DNA from: Rhizaria sp. SCN 62-66 | Taxonomy: Eukaryota | Direction of reading: 5' to 3' | DNA: 64,000 nt | Assembly: GCA_001724265.1 (NCBI GenBank) | Contig: MEDY01000031.1 | Location: 1 to 64,000 of the forward strand | Shown here: in pieces, positions 23,301 to 34,724 of the stretch | Position numbering within the stretch: position 1 is the stretch's first letter | Layout of the letters: the number at the start of each line of letters is the position of its first letter | The notes under the pieces: model-generated | The model's input: only the letters and a program-made list of their open reading frames with translations | What the model was told of the DNA's origin: nothing | Database searches by the model: none | Made by a program: the position numbers and the translations under genes

Positions 23301-26300
23301 CGCTGTCGTCGCCGTCGTTAGTGTCGTCGACGGCAGGCGCACGCACGCGGCCGAGCCAGCGCGCCTCCAGCGCAGCGCTCTCGCTCTCCACGGCGTACAT
23401 GGCGACCGTGAGCGCGGTGCGCGCGGCCTCGGTGGTGACGGGCTGCGGCGTGATTGTGAGCAGGATGCGGCGCATCGCCGTCTCCACAAGCGCACGCGCA
23501 CGCGCCACGTAAGTGGACGAGTACGCGCGCTCCGTGAGCAGAGCGCGCACGCCCGCGTCACCGCCCGTGCCCGCAGTCGTGCCAGGGGCGTTGGGCGCGC
23601 CGTACGCGCGCGTGTGCGCGTTCGCCAAGCTGAGAACATCGGTCGCATTGTCCACGAGGCTGCCACACAGACCCGACTTGGGCCCAGAGGCGGCAGCGAC
23701 GGTCGCGGCGGCAAGAATGCTCGGAGTGGTCCCTGGGGCGACACCGGGTGCCGAGACGGCGGGGAAGATGGACGGGCAGTACACGTGCAGCGCCTCGGGC
23801 GCGGGCAGCGGCAGCGGCGGTGCGGGCACCGTCAGCGCAAAGCGGGAAGTCGGCGCGGGCAGCAGCGCGGAAGGCACGTCGCCGGCGCCAGACTGGAGTG
23901 CCGCGACAATCGTAGCGGCCTCATCAGCGCTGAAGACGTGCGGGAAAACGCTAGTGCGGGGCTTGCGCTCGCGCTTGATAGTCGGCTCAACCTTTACCTC
24001 GGGCTCCACTACCTCAAGCTGGGCAGTGGATGCGGTTGCAGAAGTCCTGACACCGGCATTTGGGCCCGAAGATGTGCGCGCGAAAGCAACCCAACGTGGC
24101 TTGACGTTAGCGAACCCAGGAGCGGGCTCGTAGACGACCTCGACCGCACCGGCAGCAGTGCCGTATGTGTTCGCGCCGCCGGCCTTAAGCGCACTGACGG
24201 CGGCGTCGGCAAGCGTGCCGTTGCGCGCGTCAGAAACGGAGCCGCCGGCTGCGCACGCGGCAAACGCGCCAGGTGCGAGGATTGTGTTGGGCGCCTGCGA
24301 GACCTCGATGCCCGCTGCGCGTGAGCGCTCCAGAGAAGACTGCGCAGCGGAGAGCGCGGCAGCGGCAGCCGTCGAGCCCGACACCTCAGAGGCCCAAGGC
24401 ACGGTGGCAAGCGACACTGCGTCGCCACCCTGCGGCACGGGCGCCGTGAAGGGCGCAGTGACGACAGTGAGCGCCTCACCGGGGATCTGCGCCGAGGACA
24501 TGACGTGCACGACAGAGCGTGCGGCGCCGCCGAGGCAGATGAGGTCGTCGTCGACCTGGTCCTCGCGCGGGGCCGCGCCCGTGGCGGCGGCTTCCTCACG
24601 CGCACGCGCCACGGCAAGCGCGCGCTCGGTGGTGACCGTTAGCACGCCTGCCGCGGCCGCCAAGTGCGTGGGGTGGGCAGTGTCGAGCACGGCGTCCACG
24701 AAGCCCTCGGCCGCGGTCGCGCTGGCAAAGGTCGCGCCGGCGGACTGAGCTGCGGGCGCCTGCACGGGCGCGGGCTGCACAGAAGGCAGCGCGGGCACCT
24801 GCAAGCCCGCACCGAGCGGGACGAGCGACTTGAAGACGGGCAGCGCCGAGTCGAAGCGCGACGCCGTGGCGATGGCCAGCGGCTCGAAGTTCAGCAGCGC
24901 GGAGTAGCTCGTCGCGGCCGTGCTCGCAGACGCGCCTGCACCAGCGGAGGACGAAGACGCAGATGCAGAAGCAGAAGAGGACAAGGCAGCAGGAGTGGTC
25001 ATGGACAGCTTCCTAGAGGCAGTCGTGTTGGGCAGCGGACTTGTTGGGGGCTCAATCTTGACCTTGACAGGCGTGCCAACAGTTCCCACGGGCCGGCTAG
25101 CGTCGCTGGTGCTGCTCGAGCCATCGACGTAGTCGAGCAGGGCGTCGCCGGTGAGCGCAATAATGCCAGCGGAGGGATCAGACCCTTCGGGGCCGTCCTC
25201 GCCTTCGGAGCCGTCATCTTCGATGATGTCGCGCCGGTTCGCAAAGCCGCCACGGCCGCAGCCACGACCGCGCCCACGACGCTTCGAGCTGTTACCGGTG
25301 CGGCCGCGGGTACCACTCCCGGTACTCGGGCGCCCGCCACGGCCGCGGTTGCGCGTTGAGTCCTCGTCGTCCTCTTCCTCCTCGCCTTCTTCATCGTCCT
25401 CTTCGTCCGCGACAGCGCGCGCGGAGCTTGCGCTGGGCTTGGGCGGCGCGGGCAGAGTGTTGGCGCGGACGCCGCCGCCGAGTCCGCCGATGTCCTTGAC
25501 GGCGTCGTCGGCCTCGTCCGTGCCGACCGTGGACTCGTCCTCGGCGCGCACATACCACGGCACGGCCGACCAAGTCGGCTCTGCGAAGATGCCCATCAGA
25601 CGCGGCTTGGCGCCCGCCACGGCGGCGACGCCCGTGTCGTCGTCGTCGCCGGCGTCGTCGTCGCCTGCCACGGCGGCCGAAGGCGCGCCGGAGAGCAGGT
25701 TCGCCGACACGGGCGCCAGCGCTTCCTCGCCGCCCGTCGACTCGTACACCATCGGCGGAAACACCCACCGCGAGGGCTCGTTCACCGTCTGCAGCGCGCT
25801 GGGGTGCGTCGGCAGCGGCGCGCGCTCCAGCAGCTGCCCCGCCGCCGCGGAGCCTTCCTCGGTGGCAGAAGCAGCAGTGTCGGTGGCAGCGGCGGCGTTG
25901 GACTCGGCCTTGACAGCGGCAACCTGCGCGAGCGCGGCGGCGCCCGCCGTGGCGGCGGCGGTGAAGGTGCCAACGCTGATCTGCGACGTGATGTACGAGT
26001 AGTTGGACGACGCCAGTGTCGCCGTGGGCAGGATCTTGGCCGGCGGGACGTACGCGTACGTCACCGACACGTCGCCCAGCGCGGGCTGTAGTGAAGCGGC
26101 CGCCGATGCGGTCTCGGTGCCGGGCTCGCGCTTGACAGCCGCAGAGGCGGCGCCCTTGGTGACCTTCTTGTGGGCAGCGGCATCCGCAGCTTCAGCAGCG
26201 GTGCGGCGCGCGACGGCGTCGGCGACGGGCTGCGGGAAGATGAATGCCGCGGGCACGGGGCTGGTGGGCGCGACCTCGTCCAGGCCGTTGGGCGCAACGG

Positions 26301-29300
26301 GGTCGTCGACGGCGCGCACGCGGCCCGCGGCGACGGAGTCGTAGGTGCCGCTCGCGAAGTTGCCCGACACGGGGTCGAACGGCGCGCGCGCCACCACTGT
26401 CGCAACGGGTACCGCAGCAAGCTGATCATCGCCCTCAGTCGGGCTCGCAGAAACAGGCGCGGCGGAGTCGGCGCGCTCGCGCCACACGGTGCCGGAGTAG
26501 ACGACGTCGTCGACGCCGTTGCAAAGGCCCATGGCGGGCGTCACCGTCCCCCACGACTTGGATATCTGGTAGGGGTCAGTTGAACCGGACGCGGCACCAG
26601 AGGCAAGCGCAGCCGAGCCTGCGGGGCCGACGAGGTGGAGTCCGACGGACAGCGCCGTCGGCATCGTCATCACCGATGTGCTCGACAACATACGCGCGGA
26701 CGCCGTCGCCTTTACCGACGCAGCGGGCACCAGAACCGAGCCGCCGGGCGCGGCAGCGGCCGCAGAGTCGTCAGTCTCGTCGGTCTCAGCCGCAGCGGGG
26801 GCGGCGCGGAGAGTCGCCTGGGCCGCGGTCGACACGGTTTGTAGCGCCGTCTTGGACGTTGAAAACGTGCACGCCTCGAGCAGAGCGCCCGTGACCTGAT
26901 CCAGAGTCTCAAGAGAGCGAGGCACGGGCACCGCACCGGCCTCGGTGCCAGTGGTTTCAGCTGCCTCAGTGGCCGTGGCAGCTGCCGCGGCGGCCGTCGA
27001 GAGCGCGACACGCATCGTGTCATAGACCTGGGAGATAGAGCTCACGGCCAGCAGCGGCATCAGCGACGGCGTCTGCGCGGGACACACAGCCGAGCCCGCG
27101 CCCAGCAGCGACGCTGCGGGCAGCAGACTGCGCTGTCCCGCCGCCAGCATCGCCGCGCGCGCGCGGTCCACTGGCGTCACCGTGGGCACAGGGGCGGCCG
27201 CGGGCTGGCGGCCGCGCGGCTTGCCCGTCGACGTCGTGGACGCGACTGAGGCCTTGATCGTGTCGAGCTCAGCCGATTCAACCGGGCTGTCCATCATCGA
27301 GACCCCAGCTGGGCCGGGCGTTGCAGCGCCGCTCTCGGAAGCGCCGGGCGCCAGGCCCAACGCGGCGAGTTCGGTGCGCTTGATGGCGCGCTCGCGGCGG
27401 GCCATCGCAGCGCGCGCGCGCAGGTGTGCGTGGAAGCGGCCCCAGAAGTCGACGCGCGCCGTGGTGACGGGCGCACCGAAGGTGTGCGGCGCCGTCAGCA
27501 GAGACGAAATGCCAGCCGCGGCGGCCGCTGCCGAGAAGGACACGGGCGTGCACAGCGAGGGCGGTGCGAAGAGTGCGCGCGTGAAGTTGGTGAGCCTGCG
27601 TTTGCCGATGCGCGAGATCTTGCCGTCATAGCGCAGCGAGCGCAGTGAGAAGTAGGGCCGCAGCGGCGCGCGGATTTCGCGCTGCAGCAGGTGCGCATGC
27701 TCGTGCACAAAGTGCACAAGCGCGGGCGACACCGGAAGCAGCGCACGCATGTATCCGGCCAGCGTGTCCCAGTGCGGCATCAGCACGTTCGCGGCACGCT
27801 CGCGCTCCGCATCGGCGCGCGCCGTGTCGGTGTCGAGCTCGGTCACGCCGCCCGCGCCGGAAGGCACTACTGCGCTCATTGTCGCGGCAGTCGCCGCCGC
27901 AGCGGAGGGGTCAAAGCGCCCATTCGCGCCCGACGTGGCGCGCGCGGCCTCGGCCACGAGCGCAGCGAGAGCGGACGGACTGGCAACAGCGCCATCAGCA
28001 CAGCTGGTGGAGACAACGCCAGCGGGCGACAGCGTAACAGAGGCGCTGGCTGCGTCCCCGTCGGCCATGGCCTTGGGCGTGATCTCGACCCAGATCGAGG
28101 CCGAGTACGAGAAGGGCGTCGCCAGCGGCGGGCGCGGAATGCGGTCGAGCGGGTGCGCGAATGCGCCCACTTCGTCCTTGACCGCGCCGGCGTCGTTATC
28201 ATCGTCGGCCATGCGCACGGCAGCGCCGGCGGCCGCAGTGGCTGCGGCGGCGTAGGGGTTCTGGTCGCGCAGCGGGCGCGCGGCCACGACGGAGCGCAGC
28301 CCCACCGCGCCCTCGGCGCCCACCAGCGCGGGCGTGGCGCGCGTGGATACGGCAGTCTGCAGCGCCGAGGCGAGGTCGGCCGTGCCGCGCTGCAGCGGCA
28401 GCATCGGGTTCAAGTGGCCCTGCGCGACGGCGCTGAACACCTCGGCCGTCTCGCCCGCCACTTCGCCCGCGGCGGACGCCTCCTCCTCCGCGCGCGGCGG
28501 GAAAATGAGGCCGGCCACGGGCAGCAGCCGCACGCTGCCGCTGGCGACGCCGAGGCCAGCGCCGCCGTTGGTGACGGCAGCCGCGGCGCCGGGCGTCATG
28601 CCCGCGCGCACAAGGCGCTGCCCAACGGCTGACGCCGAGCCGGTCTCGAGCGCGCCCGCGGCGTTGGTGCCCGTGACGTTGATGCGGTCCGTCAGCAGCG
28701 TGTGCGCGGGCGCGGAGCCCATCGGCACACCCAGCGCGGCCGTCACCGACGCAATGGACTGGCGCACCGCGGCCGAGTCATTGGCCGCGGAGGAGTCGTC
28801 AGCAACACAGGGTGAAGCAGCAGCAGCGTCACCGTCGATTGCGAGACTGGTTTGTGCGACGGGGAGAAGCACATTCGCGGCGGTGCTGTACTCGTTGCCC
28901 TCGAAGACGCCCGTGGTGGAGACGCCGTTAGCGACGTGCCAGGCGTGCGGCTCGGGCACGGCGCCGCCGAAGTTGGCCAGCACGGGGTCCATGGCAAAGC
29001 GCGGCGCACCGGGCGCGCGCTCGGCGTCGGGCGCGGACACCGCCAGCGTCGCCGCGGGCACGGGCGCGGCGCCGCTGACGTTCTCGCGCGCCAGCCGCGC
29101 GTCGAGCGCGGCGGTGAGGTTCGTCGAAGAGAGTCCGAGCAGCGAGCCGAAGACGCCCGCGGCCACGGCGGCGGGCTCGTGGCGGCCGCCGACCAGCGAG
29201 GCCACCGTAGCTGCCGCCGCACGCACGGACTCGAGTCCGGCGCTGACCTCGGGGTTCACGCCGCCGTCGCCGCCCGCGCCGTGGCCCGTGCCCGCGCCGA

Positions 29301-32300
29301 CGCTCGAGGCGTTGGAGCTGGCGCGGCGGCCGGAGCTGGCGCCACCGCCGACGGCCGCGGAAGCGGGGCCTGGGGCGACGTTGAGGCGCGAGGCGGCGGC
29401 GACGACATCGGCCGTGAGCGCCTGCTCGGCCCACACCTTCCGGTAGTGGGCGCCCAGCGGCGGGATCACGACCTGGCCGGGCAGCGAGGGCGTCATGATC
29501 TCGATCAGGCCGGGCGACAGGGCCAGCCGCGCGTCAAGCGCTGCGGCGCAGGTCATCGCGCCGGGTCCGTGGCGCGCGCACACGCCGTTGCACTCGCTGC
29601 CGCAGCCACCGACCGCGGAGTCGGGCAGCGTGGCCTCGGCCGAGGCGTTGAGGAAGCGGCGCTTGGCACGGCGCAGCAGGCTGTGTACGAGCAGACGACC
29701 CTGCTTGGCCGTCGTGTCGTGCGCCGCGGCCAGCGCCACGGCGGCGCCAGCGGCGGCGTGCGCGGCGCGCGGGTCCGCGGGGTCCCTTGCGGCGCGCGCG
29801 GCGGCAATGGCGGCGCGCGTGACGGCGTCCTGGGCCGCGTAACCGAGCGCGGTCTCCTCCTCGGAGTCGGACACGGCGCGCGGAATCGAGGCTTCGCTGC
29901 TCATCGTCACCAGCGGTGGGCGCGCCACGGCGCTGGACGCGATTGCGGGGAAGCCGGGCGCAACCAGCGCGGCCAGATAGCTTGCCGCGCCGCCGTCGCT
30001 CTGCGCAGCCGCGGGGCCCGTGGCAGGCCGCCCGATCTTGTTGCGCGCCGCAGCCGCGGCAGCGCCCCGAGAGCCGCCACGGCCACCGTTGCGCATCATC
30101 CCGCGCCCGCGGCCGCGACCGCCGAACTCCTTCATGTGCGCAAACGCGCGCTGGCGCATGGTGACCTCGCGCTCGGGCTCGCCGCTGGGCCACAGCGCGG
30201 CCTCCTCCTCGGCCTCAACCGGGGCTTCGCCGGCGCTGCCGCCGCGGGGACTCGCGCGCGCTCGGGCGCGGGACTCGTCGTGCTAGTCTACCATGGCGTG
30301 GGCGGACCTGTATCCGTCGTCCTCGTCGTCGTCGGACATGCCAAGCTTGCGCCCCGTGGACGCGCCGGGTCGCCCGTTGGCGCGGGCACGCGCCGTGGCG
30401 CTCGCGCGCACCGCCCGCGCGGCGGTGGCGGCCGCTGCGGCAGAGGCGGATGTGACGCGGCGGCCGTTCGCGGTTGCCTTCTCTGCAGCAGCGAGCGCAG
30501 CAGCGGCGACCTCCTCGGCCTCGGCGAAGGCGTCGTCCTCCTCTTCCTCGTTCAGCAGCGTGTCGGCGCGCGGCAGCAGGGCGGCGACGGCGTGGGACCG
30601 CGCCAGGTCCATGCCGGCCTCATCCTCGGATGGGCTGGCGTCGCCGGCCATGAGCAGCTGCGAGCGGCGCATGGCGTGCAGCCGGCGGCGGCGCGCGTGG
30701 GCCGTCTCGCCGGGCAGCGGCGCCGTGAGCGCTGCGAACGTCGCGGTTGGTGGCGGCGGCAGCAGGTCGAAGAGCTCCTCCCAGGCGAAAAAGGGCTCAA
30801 AGTGGGCCCAAAACTGCTCGGCCGACTCTGCGCTCTCTTCGCTCTTGCTCACGTAGCCCGTGGGCAGAGGCACGCCGTTGACACCCGGCACCGTGCACGT
30901 CGAACCCGCGAGCGAGGCGTCGTGCGCGGCCGCGGCCGTGGCGGCGGCGGAGGAGCCCCGCGCCGTGGCGGGCGCCATCCAGGTCCCGCCAAGCACCAGT
31001 GCATTGCTGTTGGCGCCGGCAGCGTTGCCGGTGGGCGTGGAGTTGGCGCCCGGGACTGCGGCGGCGCCCGTCTCGCCCGCGATGCCCATGGTGTCAAGCG
31101 CGGCGAGCGGGTGCGCACCCGCGGGCCGCGGCAGCAGCGACGTGAGGCCGCCCGAGAGGTAGTCGCAGTTGGAGGTCCAGGTGAACTCGTCGGCGCTCGT
31201 GCGCGGGCCGCGCAGCGTGCGCGCGGCGCGGTGCTGGCGCACGAACTCGTTCTGGCGCTGCACCATCTGCTTGGCCGAGTTGGCCGCGATGTCCCAGCGC
31301 ACGATCGCGGCGTTGAGCGCTGCGGCTGCGACGGATACGCCAACGCCTGGCGTGCGCCCGCGCTTGACGCCCGCCTTCGCGGCCTTGGCCGCCGAGACGC
31401 TGTTGCGGCCGCCGCGGCCGCCGCGGCCGCGCTGCGAGTCACCGTCGGCGTAGGCCGAGGGCCGACCCGCGGTGCAGTCCTGGCAGGACCAGTCGCCGCG
31501 GGGCACCTCGGAGACCTTGACGCAGAGTTGGTGGAACGCGAGACTGCAGGGCCCGTCGCAGAGCATAATGGCGTTGCCGACGACAGACTCGCCGCCGCCG
31601 CAGACGGCGCAGACCCAGTCGTCTTCGTCGTCGTTGTCACCGTCGGAGCCATCCTTGTCGTCGGGCTTGGCGGGCTTGGCCTCGCCCGCGGCGCCCGCGG
31701 AGAGCCCGCGCATGGAGGCGCCGGAGCCGGCTGAGTCGCCCGCGGCCGTCTTGCCCGCGGCGGCGCGGCCCTGCAGCTGCGCGTCGCTAGGCGGGTCTGT
31801 CGACACCGAGGGCTTAGGCACGCGCGCGGGCGCGGCGAGCTGCTGCGGGTCGTAGATCAGCACAGTCATGGACACGTTGGTCACGAGCGACAGCAGGAAG
31901 CACTGCAGCGAACGCAGGTCCGGCAGCAGCGCGCGCACATACGCGGGCGCCACAGGGGCTTCTGCCGCCGCGGTGTTGGCGGCCGCGGCCGAGGCGGCGG
32001 CGGCAGCGGCGTCAAGCTCGGCGGCCCGGAGCGCGGCCTCATCAAACGACGCCGAGGCTGAGGCCATGATGAAACTGTCCGAGGCCTCGCTGGGCGCACC
32101 GGGCGGCGCCAGCACGGGCGTCGTGAGGGCCGCGCTGTCAGCCGCGGACGCCGCTACCGCGCCCGTGCGCCCGGCGGCCTCGAGCATTGCCGCGCGCGCG
32201 CCCGCGACGACCCACGTGATGTGGCGTAGAGCGTCGAGAGTCAGCGGACGGTACTTGCCGGGCGCATCCGCCTCAGCACTCGCCGCACTGGCGCCGGCGT

Positions 32301-34614
32301 TCGCAGAGCTGCCTTCGGAGCGGGGGTCGACGGCGTCGGCGAGAGAGGCAAGCGCGGCCCAGGGCAGCAGCGCGGCGGCGGTGAGGTGCGAGAGACAGCC
32401 CTGCGCCGAGAGCGTGGCGTAGGGCGCGGGCAAGTACACCGGCGCGGCCGTGCCGGGCGTGCCCAGCACCACGGCCTCGCCGGGGCCAAGCTGCCGCGCC
32501 GTGGGCGTCATCAAGCGCAACGCGGACGGCGGCGGCGGCGCGGGTGCGGACGGGGACGCAGTGGGGCGTGGCGGCGGCACCAGCGTCTGTGCGGCGGCGG
32601 CGGCGCGCACGGCAGCGGCGGCACTGGCCTTGTGCGACTTAGCAGGAGCCGCACGCTTGGCGAGCTGCTGCTGTTGTTGAACAATTTGGTTTTGCTGCTC
32701 AAACCTTGCGGCAGCACCAGCGGACGCGGCTTGAGTGGCGTTAAGTGCAGCTGCTGCGTTGCGCTGACGCTCAGCCACTTGTTTCCGCAGCGATTCGTCA
32801 TACTCAGCGCGACTTGCGGGGTCCATCGATCGCACAGCTAAGCGGTAGTGCGAAATCTCGCGCTCGCATGATGCGATCGTATTTTGCCGGGTCTGCGCGA
32901 AATGCGCGCGCATCGCCTCCATCTCGGCGGCGTGCTCGACCTGCATCTGCTGCATCCGCGCGTGCAGCTGCGCGGACGACATCGTCGCGGGCCGGCGCGC
33001 AAGGTCGTTGCGCGCGAGCGTGTGCTGGTGCTCCATATAGGCCCGCTGGGTGGTCCAGTCGCGCTCAACCTGCTCCACAGCGCCGCGGAGGTAGGCCATC
33101 ACCTCGTCCGGCACAATTGCGGACGAAGCATCATGCACCTGCTGCTGTTGCTGCTGCTGCATCAGATCCGCGTCCGTCATTGCGATCGGTCCGCCGACAG
33201 TGGTTGCGGCTGCGACCGTGGCTTCTGTTGCTGACGCTATTGCTGCGTCCGAGTTGCGGGCAGGGGTGACTGCGGCGGCTCTGTGGAGGCCCGCAAAGCC
33301 GTTGACGCGGCGCGAGCTGCCGCGCGCGTGTCGGCGCGTCTCGCCCGTCTCCGTGGGCACGGCCGCGGCGGCGCGGACGCCGGCCTGCACCGCGGCGCGC
33401 ACGCCGTCGAGCGCGCGCGGCGGCACGCGGTCGCGCGGCGCGGGCACTGAGAGTCCAGCAGTCAACGGGCCGGGCGGCAGGTCTGCGGCGGCGGCGGCTG
33501 TGGCGGCGGCGGCAGCGGCGGCGGCGCCCATGCGCGCGAGCTCGGCGTCGATGGCGGCCTGCGCGGCGGCCTCGGCGACGGCGTCGACTCGCAGCAGCGG
33601 CGACAGCGGGCGCTCAGGCGGGCGCGCGCGCGGCCCCCACGAGGGCGCGATGTACTCGGCGGGCTCGGGCGCGAGCAGCTGCGCCCGCACCAGCGCCGTC
33701 TCAGCCGTGAGCGAGAAGTCGTGGTCCCCGCCCGGCACACGAGGGGTCCCGTCGGGCGCGAACTCGAAGGCGAGCTGGAGCCCGCGGGGCAGCTCGGGGA
33801 GCTCGCGCTGCACCGAGAGCGCGACGAGCCCGGAGGATCCCACGGCCGCGGTGACGCGCGTGAGCGTGGAAAGCACCGAGATGACAGCCGCTGACAAGGC
33901 GCGCGGGGCGGCGCCGGCGGGGCGCGTGGGCGCCAAGGCGGCCGCAGGCGCAACACCTGAGCGCTGTTGTTGCTGCTGTTGTTGCTGCTGCTGCATCTGC
34001 TGCTGCATGTGTTGTTGCTGCTGCATGAATTGTTGCTGCTGCTGTTGTTGCTGCTGCTGCCACTGCTGTGGAGGTTGTTGCTGCTGTTGCTGTTGTTGCT
34101 GCGACCAGTAGTGTTGGTGCTGGTGCTGCTGCTGGTGTTGCTGCTGCTGCCAAGGCTGCTGTTGCTGCTGGTACGGCGCCGCGGGGCGACCTGCGTTAGG
34201 GACGGCCGCAGCTTGGGCAGCGCCCGCACCTGCGTAGTTGGCGTGCGCGTAGCCCGTTTTAGCGTGAGCGGGGTGGCCACCGGGAGGGACAGTCGAAGGG
34301 TAGCTACCCGTCGCAGCGGTTGCGGGATAACCATAGCCAATGGAAGCCGCCGCTGCGGGATACGTGTCATGGCCGTAGCTGTGGCTGGGGCTGTGACTGG
34401 GAGCGGCGCTGTGTTGCCCGTAGCCGTAGCCGGAGGGTTGAGCGTTGTAGCCTTGAGGGGCTTGGGTGGGGACCTGGGCAGGGGCGTAGTAGGGGCCGGC
34501 CGGGGGCGCATTTTGAGGCACAGCGGGAACATCGGAGGCTGCGGTTGTGTATGACGTCGCAGGTGGCGCGGGCGCACCGTATTTAGACCCGCTGGGGTCG
34601 CTGTTAGGGAACAT
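17326..34614 (-). CDS. Giant chromatin-associated protein with two PHD fingers and Ada3/TADA3-like motifs (~5762 aa if TAGs at 30283 and 20020 are read as sense)
   Basis: Track ORFs 30283-34644, 20020-30159 and 17326-19773 share one frame and are separated only by single TAGs plus open GC-rich codons. PHD1 CAVC..CDGPC..FHQLC..WSCQDC (~31473-31612). PHD2 FCIC..CEGPCERWFHPRC..FYCQQC (~20098-20304). Ada3-like FWAHFEPFF (~30800) and IPPLGAHYRKVW (~29450). N-terminal poly-Q; terminal stop TAA. Confidence 0.75.
20020..20022 (-). other. In-frame TAG codon (candidate sense codon)
   Basis: CGC GAG TTC TAG AAA TGT AAC CAT GCT; the same frame continues to TAA at 17326. Confidence 0.7.
30283..30285 (-). 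other. In-frame TAG codon (candidate sense codon)
   Basis: ATG GTA GAC TAG CAC GAC GAG TCC; the same frame continues for more than 3400 codons. Confidence 0.75.
33964..34170 (-). repeat. Mixed CAG/CAA poly-Gln tract
   Basis: Visible (TGC/TGT)n on the + strand; Q-rich N-terminal region of the giant protein. Confidence 0.9.
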
Positions 34615-34643
34615 CAGGGGGCGGGAGTGCGCGTTTGCCACCA

Positions 34644-34724
34644 CTAAGATGGGGAGCGGACCGGGTGACGGGCGGGCCGGTCGGGGGTCAGCGAAGCAAG
34701 TATTTACGAAAGGAGAACAATTAC
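34644..34724 (-). other. Probable 5'-UTR intron of the giant PHD gene
   Basis: CAAG|GTAATT donor and ATCTTAG acceptor 29 nt before the ATG; the upstream exon frame is closed by TGA. Confidence 0.45.

Noticed and set aside
14032-30285. Pyrrolysine or selenocysteine recoding
   Set aside because: Sec uses UGA; Pyl is not established in eukaryotic nuclear genes, and the TAGs are in linkers rather than active sites.
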